Positions 23,801-35,400 of a stretch of 64,000 nt of DNA are shown here, piece by piece. Source of the stretch: Klebsormidium nitens (taxonomy: Eukaryota > Plantae > Klebsormidiophyceae); contig DF237455.1 of the NCBI GenBank assembly GCA_000708835.1, positions 1 through 64,000 of the forward strand, read 5' to 3'. Made by a program: the position numbers and the translations under genes. Numbering within the stretch: position 1 is the first letter of the stretch; each line of letters begins with the position of its first letter. The notes under the pieces were generated by a model. It was given only the letters and a program-made list of their open reading frames with translations, ran no database searches and was not told the origin of the DNA.

Positions 23801-24148
23801 GTCGACATTGCACGCTTTACTGCTGTTCAGAATGTTCGGATGCAAATTTTGACCCGGACGGATTGTCCATTGTGCAGGAAACGAGACAAGCTGCGCTATC
23901 GTTACCCCGCTGGCGAGTCGTACCTTGACGTCATCCAGCGGCTGGAGCCCGTCATCATCGAACTAGAGCGGCAACGGTCTGCTGTCGTGATAGTTGCGCA
24001 CCAAGCCGTGTTGAGGGCGCTGTATGGCTATTTTGCCGACAAGCCGCTAAAAGAAGTCCCGCACATAGACATGCCGTTGCATACGTTGATCGAATTGGTG
24101 CCAGGAGTTGGGGGAATGACCGAGAAACGGTACAACTTGCTCCCGTGA
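14814..24148 (+). CDS. F2KP: Bifunctional 6-phosphofructo-2-kinase/fructose-2,6-bisphosphatase, plant type, with N-terminal CBM20-like region
   Basis: Exons give MPAAAG|AVAAAA...LAIILVG|LPARGKSYTAAKLTQYLRWLG (P-loop), FDATNS, IFLESIC, NISGYLPGRIVFYL, LTRHGES (phosphatase His), VQWRALDEI, RYRYPAGESYLDVIQRLEPVIIELERQ...RYNLLP*. N-terminal exons 14814-15017 and 15773-16013 resemble the plant F2KP starch-binding N-terminus. A possible upstream start at 14539 is described in findings. Confidence 0.95.
16447..16509. repeat. 22-bp tandem repeat (2 exact + partial copies) containing palindrome TGACGTCA
   Basis: TCGCTGACGTCATCGTCCATGC at 16460 and 16482, with degenerate flanks; intronic in F2KP. Confidence 0.85.
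17123..17354 (+). repeat. Exon 3'-end plus donor duplicated into the intron (F2KP)
   Basis: 17123-17208 ending GCAGGCAGC|GTAGGT is repeated at 17266-17354 ending GCAGGCAGC|GTAAGT. Confidence 0.9.
18045..18950 (+). repeat. Six-copy degenerate tandem array of an F2KP exon end plus donor
   Basis: ...GAGGAGGATCAGACGGACATGCCGGCCGC..GGAG|GT occurs with donors at 18148, 18301, 18478, 18631 and 18804, plus a truncated sixth copy near 18905-18945. Confidence 0.9.
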
Positions 24149-24405
24149 GGATTTTGGTAGCACAGTAAGACGCTTCGCCTGGAGAGTCGATCCATTGAGA
24201 GTCATGCCGGAAAGGGCAAAGGCGGTGAGCTATCGAGGTAGACTACGTTGTTGACCATTTTAAGTTGGCATGAGGTAGAACGGGAATAGTGTTCGCTTTG
24301 CTGAGTTGCTAGACCGAGTTGTGAATATCCGACTTGATGTGTGATCAAGAGAGGACGGTCACGGAGAATCTAAGGTCGAGCCGGCGAGCCTCTTTGGAAA
24401 ATAAG

Positions 24406-24705
24406 TTATCTTGTCCTTAAATGACCAGCAGCAAGATGTCGGAGCTGAAGTGACAGACGTGGCATACTTATTCTCCGTTGTAACAGATGATGCAAAGAGT
24501 GCGAAGATTTTGGACTTACGAACTTAATTTTCTTCAGCATTCGCATTGTATGGGTTGGCGCTGCTCCGATCAACGCTGTCGCCACGTCTTCGTATTGGAC
24601 CGGTGCAGCGAAATTATATGACAGTCTCGTGCAGCTCCCGTCTTGGATATCCCACAATCCTTGTGCAAGACTCTTCACAAGTCTAAATGGAGTTGAGCCC
24701 GTCAC
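24406..24705 (-). other. Candidate hidden 3' exons of an unannotated gene convergent with F2KP
   Basis: CAG|186-nt phase 0-0 open exon (VTGSTPFRL...MLKKIKF)|GTAAGT, then a 75-nt intron ending TTCAG, then LRHLAAGHLRTR*. No homology recognised. Confidence 0.35.
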
Positions 24706-26456
24706 CTGCCATGGATGATGGGACTGCTTGTCGAAAGAAAGTTTCTAGGGCATGCATGGTATTGCAGGGTTCAATTTGGTTCGACACATGGCCGGGTGTC
24801 CGCCATTGTTCCAGACGTTGAGCTAGTCTGGAAAAAAGCATGGCAAATAAGTTGGTCGAGCGGTTGAATGTATACTAACTTTGAGTCAAGCTGTTGCGTG
24901 ATGAGACGGTTGCTTCCGACCTGTCAGAGGCTGAGAAAAAATGTTCAGCCTCCGACGCTAGAGCAGCTCTAGCCTTCTAAGGACGCACGAGACTCGACGG
25001 GACGGAGTACTACCGCATCGCTTTATTGAAAGCTTTCACTAGCTTATTGCATGCAATCGCTTTTCTTACTGAGTTTAGATACACAATAGCACAAGCATGA
25101 AGCTTTTGAATGGGATCGAGCCGGCCTGTGTGCTCACTGCTGAGCGAGGTTGGTACCTAGGTACGGTATTCGAACTAGTAAACTAGGTAATATACTAAGC
25201 GTTCAAGCGTCGAGCCAATTCTCACAAGCTCTGCCGATCCTTATCCGTCGGATTGAGTTTTCCGACGTACTAAGATCCTCTTCGGAACAATGCTAACCGT
25301 GCGATACACAAGTTGGCAAGGTATAGGGGCGCGGCCGCCGGCCAGCGTTTTAGATTCCCTTGCTGTCGTCATCAAGGTCATGTGCCCGCTCATCGGACGG
25401 TTTGCATGCGCGCGTGACGCAAGAGTTACTTCCGTCGTTGATGACGACATCTCCAGCAAAAAGATTCCCTCTGATTCTGTCGACATTTTTACCTCTAACC
25501 AGAGTCCACTCTCTCTTCCGTTCAGCTCATGCAGGCAAGGGAGCTGAGCAGATGCCTTCCACTGGAAAGCATTCAAAGCAGGTGCAGTCGTTCCTCTGGC
25601 GCAGGCAAATGTGCTGGTCAGCATTGTGCATTTAGGGCAGAAAGTAACTTAGCGAGAAGGCCAGCAGATGCTCTGTAAATTCGTCGCCGCAAACCGCAAA
25701 GCTGCTCCGGAGGGAGCTTGCGTGTATACAGCTTGTGACCCGTGATTGATAAGCACCCTGTCAGGCTTTGCGTCTAAGTAAGCCTTCCGCCTTTCAACTC
25801 GCCTTCTGCCTCGTTGCACAGGCTTGTTGCCAGCTCTTGTGCCGGAGAGTTGCTTATATCATCAAGTGTATCTCTAGCATTGGTGTTGCACAGCTTCCAA
25901 GGTGCTTCTCAGAAAAGAAATTGCCCTCTCAGTTGGGCCCTAAGCTCGTATCATGTTTTTGCTCAAACGAATCTGACAGTGGTTCGATTAGAATTGGAGA
26001 GCGTGGTGGTGGAAAAAGGAAAGTGACTTCTCATATGACCGCGGGCCATGTCAGCGAAGTGTGAATAGTATCCAGGGGCGTCCTGTGCAACTCACCAGAA
26101 CAACAAAAGTCTTTGACTCTGCACAACAAATTTTGCAAGTGGTGTGAAGTCCCACTGCTCCCATGTGGTTCTTGCTCTAAGCGCCTCACTCAGAGTTGCT
26201 TCCTGAGTCTTTGGTCCTTATTACCGGGCTGAATGGTTTTTGGATTCCACAAACAATACTATAGACAATCTGGGGTAACAAGAGTGCAGACACTTCGAAC
26301 ACAGCTGCTCAGCAACTTGGACACTGGCATAAGGGATTAGGAGCTGGCCATTCAACACTGGACATCAGCATTACTTGGTTTAGGCCCTGGGTCAGAATAG
26401 CAACCAGCACATAAAAATCAACCTAGGCCCAGCTTGCGCCTCTGGTTCCTCTCAGC

Positions 26457-29400
26457 ATGGATTCAGCAGAGACGGTCGTCAGCGAGACCTCCAAACCGGA
26501 GGTCGCCATCCTCTTTTTTGGGGTGGCGCTCATTCTTGGGGCGCTGTGCAAACAGGTGTTTGCGCGCACGCCGGTTCCGTACACCGTTGCTCTGCTGATG
26601 ATCGGCATTATATTGGGAGCCCTTGGTGAGCAGCCATTTACAGCTTCTTACATCTCCTCTTCATGGGAGGCGTAACTCTGTCACGTTGGCATATATTTGA
26701 GGGGCGGGCTCAAAGCATAGGCCTTTCTGGGATTGGTTCATGCTGGGAATCTGTCAGAACTGCATCCAAGCAGAATGCACTCTGGATTTCTGGGCTTGAT
26801 TGGCTTTCCTGCAAGGTGCAGAGATTGCAAGAAGGTGCCAATGAAAAGACAAATGCAATGGCCCATACTTTTCAGCTAAGAGTAGGAGGATTTCATTTCG
26901 ACTTGCCAATCATTTCGGTTCAGTGCTTTCGCTGTTGCTTTTTGTCTGCTGAAAAATGCTAAGATGATGTCACCAACCTGACTGCCTACCGTAAATTTTG
27001 GTGGCTCAAACAAAGAAAGGCATGTCCTTGCCTTGCATGAGAAGGGAAAATCCAACTCTTGAAGGTTAGTGACGACTGTGGGGTTTCTGAAACAAACATC
27101 TGAAAGGTGACACGTCAAGGAAAGGGGCACTTTGCCTGTCGCTTTGCAGGGATCAGTTTTGAAAAGAAAATTCCTGATGAAGCCCACATGACATAGGATG
27201 CTGAAAGACTCCTGCGTTGCATGCTGTATTCTGAAAATCAACCTGGTTTCCTAGAAACTCAAACCCAGTTCTGTGTTATGGCGCAGATCAAAAGCTACAC
27301 AACGGCCTGCGCACGCTGGGAGAGAGTATCCAGATATGTAAGTCGTAAGGTTGATGACCTGCCATGAAGCTTTGCATTGCTTTTCTCGTAATTGGTTCTG
27401 CGCATGGCCGGCAATGATCTGCGCATTTCATTGATGGGATGCCTCCCACATATGCTCCACATGTATTGGAAAATGAAGTTGCCATAGACACTCGGGCCCC
27501 TCCCCAAAAGCTGCTGCAGTGTTTCTAGGCTTGTTTCCAATCCTTTGCACTGTTTTTCCTTACATTTAGGCCCAGTCTCATTACGTTGACACAACTCTCC
27601 TGTGACCTACAATTTTTGTCGCCTTACTGCCACCACTCTCCTGTCTCATCTCATCAACTCTCGAAGAAATGATTCCTACTTACTCAAAAGCTATAGAAGG
27701 CCAAGGGAAGCGCGCTTAATTGCCAACGTTGTCTCGGCCCTTTCATCCATTCTCCATTTCAAGAAGCGCGTCGCTGCTTGAATAGTTTTCTCATTGGTCT
27801 ACCCGCGTTCTTGTGCAGGGGCCAATATCGAGCCTGGTCTGATCCTGTTCATCTTTCTTCCGGCGCTCCTCTTTGAGAGCTCAATGTCTATGGAGATTCA
27901 TCAAGTCAGGGTGAGCAAAAGTCGGCATCAAGGAGGGTGCAAGGATTGGCTAAAGCAGACAAAGTAGGCTAGATGGAGGTTGTGGACTGTCGAACAAAAA
28001 GAGGGGGCCAAGTCGAGTCAAGGCTTGCAGAGTGCCACAGAATTTCTCCAAATAAAAGCAAGCTTGAAATTGCTCAGTAGCGGGAGGAGTCTGGAGTAAT
28101 TTGAGGGCTCCACCGGTTGCTGTGCGGAGATCTGGTATACGCGCCAGTTTTGCAAAGCTAGGTGATCTGCAGAAAGGACCTCGTAGCGGGTAGCTGGCAG
28201 GAGGTCTTTCACTAACCTCACCCTCCAATGTGACCACGGATCTCAACCGCCTGGATGCCTTTCATGTCTTGTCGTACCTTGAGTTGCAAAAACAGCAAAA
28301 CTTAAGTGCGAATCTAGTTGCTTCCTCTGAATTTTCACATTAGCAATCTCCAAACCATCTGCAGCTATCAAGCTTTGTAACTTTGAGAATGTAAGTCGAA
28401 CTTTACGTGACTGATCTTGTAAGCACCCTTTCGAATCATGACGCGATGTGCACGGCTGCAGAAATGCCTGTTGCAAATGTCGCTGCTCGCCGGACCCGGG
28501 GTGCTTGTCAACACCGTCCTCTTGGGGGCTGCTCTCAAGGTGAGGACCCCTCGAGGCTCATAGAGTAGTCAACGAGGCGGCTGAATTTGACATTGACCTT
28601 TCTCTCAGGATGGGTATGCTCATAGTCTTTTGGACCCAATCCTTCCCCAGAATGCTCTCACTTGAGGTCTTGCTGGTTTATGCCTCAACAAATAATCTCT
28701 CTATCTCTCTATCTCTAGCCAGGCTGTTTCCGAAACCGTCAACATCTATCTTTACCGCCGCAAAGAGAGACTTTTTGGTCCAGGAAAGCTTCCATCGTAT
28801 TTGTTTGATCTACTTTTGCCCTTATTTTCAACCCAACCATCCCTGTTTTGCAGTAGATTTTTCCCTACTCGTGGCACTTGAGCCTGTCTCAACAACTGTG
28901 AACTTTACAGCTGTTGTAAGTGTTTTGGGTTATTTGGCAGTTGAACCAACCAACAAATCTTTAGCAGTACGCTTTTCCCCTACTCGTGGAGCTGGAGCCT
29001 GTCCCTCTCACATACAAAAGTAACCGTTAGTTCCATCGAGATTTGGTCGACTTTGATCTTCCGGTTTGACTAACCAACAAACGTTTTGCAGTACGCGTTT
29101 CCCTACTCGTGGAGCTGGAGCCTGTCCCTCACCCTGGGCGGCCTTCTGAGCGCCACCGATCCGGTGGCTGTGGTTGCTCTCCTAAAAGAACTAGGCGCGA
29201 GCAAGAAACTTAATACCATCATCGAGGGAGAGTCGCTCATGAACGACGGGTGGGTCGCATATCCGAGTGTCACATATACAGCTTCTGCCGACCATCCTGC
29301 CAGCTTTAATGTCGATTAGATTAGACTAATTTCAGTCAGCAGCAGACTGACTAACTTGCACTGACTTTCCCACGGGAATTGGCAGGATGGTCGGGAGAAG

Positions 29401-32400
29401 CTGCACCTGATCTCCGCGTGTTTGATGTTCGATCAGTCAGGAGAAGGTATGTGTCAAGAAGAGTTGAAAACGAAAAAAGGCTTCCATCCAAAGGCGGCTT
29501 GAGTTGCACCACGAGCGAATTTGTTTGGGATCCTGAGCGGTTTGCGTTTCCCAAGCTCGCAGCTTTTGGGTGGGTAGCGGAATTCCATATCTTTTCTGCG
29601 GACATCTAGACCATTCTCGTGTTGGAATCTTGAGTAAGGATGGCGAACGCTCTGAATGGTCGTGCTTATGGTGCTTGAACATAGTCTGTCACCTTCTTTT
29701 GCATCTTTGTGTTTGAAGCTCTTCTTTATCTGGTTATATATGGAAACTTTATGAAAGTCTTGTGCAGAACCGGCATTGTCGTCTTCCGCCTCTTCTACCG
29801 GATCGTCTTTGGCAGCAAGTTCAACTTTCTGAACACGATCGTCTACTTCCTGCGGGTCTCTTTTGGCGGGTAAGGGGACAACGCTCATGTATGTTTGTCC
29901 CGCATGCTGTTGCGAAGTAATACGATTTCCCAGGAGCCAAAAGCCTTGGATTGCGCACGACTTTTGCAACGACACGCTTTCATGAACTATTGATTAGCTC
30001 TCGCTAGATTCCCTTGTATCACTCTCTTGATTGTCTTCTTTCGATGCCTTCCGAACCCTCTACTGTGGCGGTTCCTGTTCCGCGAGTAAGTGATGAGAAG
30101 CACCAAACGTCGCTGGGAAGCAGCATCTCGATTTCGTATGCGTTCCATCACATTCAAGCACTTTGAATTCCATGATTTGCTTTATAGACTTGTCTGAAAA
30201 GTATCCTTGAAGGTTTACGCACCCAATCAGGATTACCGCCCGTGTCGAACAAATGTCGTCTAACGACACGCTCTTCTTCGAATCTCTTTTGAAAATGAAT
30301 GCCAATCTGAGTCTGAAATCTGCATCAAAGAGCGGTTCTTTCTAATCGTATCACAATTGATGCCTTTGAAAACTACAAAACTCTTGTCCTGCAGGGTAGC
30401 GATGGGCATTGGGTTCGGCCTGGCCGCCATTTTCTGGCTGGGGTTCGTTTTCAACGACACGCTCATCGAGATCACGATCACCCTCTCGGCGGCTTACATG
30501 GTCTACTTCGTCGTGAGTGTCTCATCGCTTTTGCTGAATCAGAAAAGAAATGCTCCTGTGGCAGTACGTTTCCAAATGATGAAACATAGACTACCTCAAA
30601 AGTGTCCAAGTAAGAACGAAGGAAACTCTGTCCTGACCGCACTCGGGGGCTTGAGCCCTGCAACATGTGAAAACACAAACTGTTTAGTCTCTCGCCAGCA
30701 ACAATTCCTAGCCCCGACCTGGTGTTAGTGAGCCGAATTATCGGCCACAATGTCTCTTCTGATCATTCTGTGCTCGTCCTCGCACTTCATCCGGCAGAGC
30801 AGTGTCCTTCCGAAGCCTTGCAACAAGCTTGTGAATCGCCCAAAGCAGCATCAAAGAAGCGTCGTCTGAGAGTACGTTACAAACGGCTGCGACAGTGCTG
30901 ACCCAAGTTTAGACCTCGTGACGTCAGCGCATCTGCTTATTCCTCGTACGTTTCTCTGCGTACAGTCCGAAGAGAAGGCGGCCGTGTCTGGCGTCATTGG
31001 CGTCATGTTTCTCGGAGTGTGAGTACCTTCTTCTTTTCGACTTTACAGAACCCAGTCCCTGGATTATCGCTGTCATGCAATCAGACCGTTTGGTAGCACC
31101 ACGATCTACAATGGCGCGGGAGAGACTGCAAAGTCCCTCCCCTTATTCTATTGCGTCTTGCAGTTGATAAGTACATCAGTTGAACGTAGCACGAGACCTG
31201 TTTTCGTCTTCATTGGTGCCACGGACTGGGTGGAATTTGTAGGAAACGCTTATAGGTTGCACCCTAAAGCCCCTTCTCAGGAAGACACCAATTGCAACGT
31301 CTTCGCGTGGAGCTTCGTCATGCGTGATAACGAACGTCTGCTAACGAATCGCAGATCTGACGCCTTTTGAGACAGGCCTGTACAGTCTTCTTTGCAACAG
31401 ACTGAATCAAACCACGACGTCTGGTCGAGCTGAAGGGATCTTCTTTGTCGTCCTTGGCAGCTTCTTCGCCGCTTTTGGCAACACGGCGTTCACGGGGGAG
31501 AACAAGAAGAGCCTGCACTACTTCTGGGAGATGGTCGGCTACATGGCCAACACTCTCATCTTCATTCTGGCGTAGGTCGCGCTAACAAAAACACATTTCA
31601 ATGAACATCGCTTTTCCGGTTCTTCTTGGTTCTGGCGTAGGTCGCGCAGCTTAGAAGCAAAACTCAACGAACACCGCTTTTCCGGTTCTTCTTGGAAGCT
31701 TGCCCTTCAGGAAGTTGTTCGTGCTTCTTGCACCAACTAGACATGGGACACAGTTTGTTCGCTCAATAATGGAGCCTGGAAGGGCCTGAAACTGTGTGGT
31801 TGGACAGTGTTGGTTCAGTCTTCAAGAAGGAGCGGCGCTTGCCCTGAAACCCTAACTTCCTGTCAGCTGCTCTAGATCCAGCCACTCTGTGCCTCCTCTC
31901 TAGTTTGCAAAGAACTAAAGGCTGAGGAGTGCGCAAAGGACTGAAGAGGGACGTGCTTGCTTCGTCCTCGAGTTGGACCATATCTAAGCGAGCCGGATAT
32001 ACAAATGTCGGTATCCATTTCTCTTTCATCGCTTGGTTTACTTTAAGCGCCTTCGATCACTTTCCTACTTAGCTCTCTTTTTCAATCCACTCCTTCCAAG
32101 ATCTTCTGACCAGCAACAATGCGCCGGCGTGCGCGCGTGCAGCGGCGTCATCATTGCTGAGGTCATCCTGCGCAATACGGGGAGCATCGACGCGCGCGAC
32201 TGGGCGTACCTGCTCGTGCTGTACGTCTTCGTCCAATTAGCCCGGGTTGTCGTCGTCGGGTTATCCTACCCGCTCCTCAAGTACCTGGGTTACGGGATCG
32301 ACTGGAAAGAGGTTTGCACCCAGTTTCGTCTATCACCGAGGATTCAGCAGTCTTTTCGGGGTCCGTACATTCAATAGGACGTTCACGTGCAGTCAGAGCG

Positions 32401-35400
32401 GGGTCAAGGAGGATCAGTATATTTTGGGACCGGGGTTGGGGACACTATTGGAACGGATGACGTGGCGAGGTTTAGTCACGAAACCCTGGGCTAGGCTCCC
32501 TCTGGGCAAACAAAGAGCGGAAAGAGCCCGGTCATGTCGTCCCTTTCAACAGCGTCCCCAACCCCGGTCCCAAAACTACTGATTCCCCTTGACCCCGCTC
32601 AGTCAGCACCCTGTTCAGTTTAACTGATTGAATGGGAAAATGTTCGAGCGCTCCGAATCAGATTGACGAATCTCGGAAATTGGTCACTACCGTGAACTAA
32701 GTGGCCGTGAGATAACGACCACCGAGAAAGGAAGCCTGTAAACTACGGGACGGCCTTCAGTATTGAGATTGATTGCAGTTTGCTCAGTTCGGGTTATCAG
32801 ATGGTTAAGAAGTGCCACGTGGCGGTATGCGTGCTCGAAAAGCCAATCGTTTTGGGTCCAGCGGTTGCTCTACGCCCGATACGACCTGTCCTACTTGTCG
32901 TCACCGGCCATTCGGCCAATAAAAGTAGCTGACGTGTGCCATGTCGGCCGAGTGGACCACTCATCGTCCGGTACAAACCTTGCCACCGCTATGCTTTAAG
33001 CCTCTTACTGTACTATGTTAGCGCTCGCGCATTCTCCCGGTGCCTTTCAATTTGTATAAGAGTCTGCGTCCATTCTGACCGAACTTGTACGACGTAACGA
33101 AAAGTCTCTGATCGCCGATGCGAAAACTGTGCAGGCAACGGTGATGACGTGGGCAGGATTACGTGGCGCCGTGGCGCTTACTCTTGCTTTGACTGTGGAG
33201 GTAAGCCCCGACACATGTTGTGAAAACATCCTATACTCGAAAATATTGGGTTTCGCGACCACTTTGCGGTTGGTTTCGACTTGCGAAGTTTCATGAGGGA
33301 TGAATGCTTCCTTCCTTCGTTGAGGACCAACTATTAAACTGTAAGTCGTGAGACGCAAGTGCATTCCCGGGTCCATTTCAGGAGAACCTTTTTTCATGGT
33401 CCTCCCTCTCCGCTGTGCACTGTTTATAAATGCGGAATGACTTATTGCGGAAGCATTCCGCCGGAACCAGGCATCCTTCTGCTTTCAATGAAGACAACAC
33501 GGACTGCAAACCTTCGTCGTTGGTTCTAACAAGCTCTTTCGCGGGCTACTTCAGAGAGACCAGGAATCTCACATCGACGCAAACGGAGTCGACCACTCCG
33601 TCTCGCCGAAGAACCGCGCCAGAGTGAGTGCTTCCAGCACTTTCCGGATGCTTACCATACTCCTGAAGCCTGCTTTTCAGCTGCAGGGTTCTCTTGCAAA
33701 GTTTACGGTTTCCTGTAGCTTCTTGCAAATAATCAAGGCGTCCACTGTTAAGACCGCGAAGAGTGAGGGGTTGGGGTATTCCGCCGGTTCGTTCAGGACG
33801 GACCACGGTGACCTGAACGCATGCTTTGATCGTGCAGTTTATGTACAAAAGCGGTTCAATCATCCTGTTCTCGCGGATTCGACAGCTGTCACAAATCAGC
33901 TGTTTTCGCGACGTCTAGATTGTAATCTGCTGATGCAGAGGGAGTCACTTCACCTCGTTTTGCGGATGCTAACCTGTAATAATGGGTGCAGTTTGTGTTC
34001 CTGACCGGCGGAGTGGTTTTCTTAACCCTGGTCGTCAACGGCAGCACGACCAAGCGGCTGCTCAGCTTCCTGGGCATGGATCGTCTGTCCGAATCCAAGG
34101 TGGGGTCAATGCCGTCCGCTCCGTCCGGAATCGCGCAGACGAATCGCGACCTGCAGAAAAAATTGAACGGTGCACAAGAAGTAGAAGGAGCCAAGAAGAG
34201 TCGCACATGATCATGATTAAGAAACGAGCGATCGTTGAGAAATAAGCGAAGTCGAGGGGAATCGTGGAGATTGAAGGAAGGCTGAGGGGAAAGGCGACCA
34301 CCAATCTTATGAACGGAAGACAGCAGGAGCGCCAAGAGAAAGAAGGAGACTGGTGGGTAAAACGAGCTGACATGTGACCATCAATCAAACAGATCAGAGG
34401 GAGAAAAGTGCCAAGAGAACACCCAATCATACAAGAAAGCATTTTTGGTGCAGATGCGCATCCTGGAGTGCGCGCAGGAGGAGATGCGCGGCCGCGCGCT
34501 GCAGGCGTACGTGGAGGTGGGCGAGGACGACGAGGAGCTGGGCCCCGCGCACTGGCCGTCCGTCCAAAAGTTCGTCGCGTACCTTAGGTGAGACAAGTCA
34601 TATCGTCGCGAAACAGGGCCTCTCACTTCGTCCGGGTGTCCTGTCTAACTTGAAACGCCTCTTTCCTCTTGAACAACTGTGCTTCGAAAAGAGCGACAAG
34701 ATTCACCCGAGGGGCTGGGCCCCGCGCATTGGACGTCCGTCCAACAGTACTTCAAATCGGCACACCGCTGGCGAACAGGGTTTGGAGTGTTTTAGCAGGC
34801 AGAATCCGCCTCTTTCATCGTCAGTGGCTAGATTTGGGAGAAACGGTGAAGGTGGAGCAAAAGCTGGTTCCGCCCAGTGGCCCACCGCCCAAAACTTCGT
34901 CGCGTACCTCAGGGTTTTGGGGTTTCAGGGGTTTAGGGTTCTAGGGTTTTGAGGTTTGAGGGTTTAAGTGAGAATCGGCACCTCGCAGCCGAACAGGGCC
35001 TCCAATCTGGCAATCAAGAGCTTTGGCCTGAGGCAACGCCACGGATTGTTTTACTAAGCAGGCGGCAATCAGAAACGAGGAACTGGCTCCAGCGCACTGG
35101 CCCTACTTGTAGGCTCTAATGAGCCAGACCGCCGCCGAACAGGCTTTTCTTCTAATCCCGGTTTGTTGTTGGTCGCTCACCTTTGACGTTCGCCTGTTCA
35201 AGCGACTGGGCTTCCAAAAGAGCGACAACGGTATCAAAGGATTTGGGTTCCAGGCACTGCTCGGGCCCCTTAACCACGTCCCCAAGATGTTTTCGACAGT
35301 ATTCGATAGATCCCGTAAAGGCGGGGAGTATGGTACAACGTCGATTTCCGTAATGTTCGCACATAGTGAATCGCAGACTGGCCGTGCAACATCTTGGGTG

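Noticed and set aside
24995-25015. GGGACGGAGTA resembling a Stowaway MITE terminus
   Set aside because: No matching opposite TIR was found.
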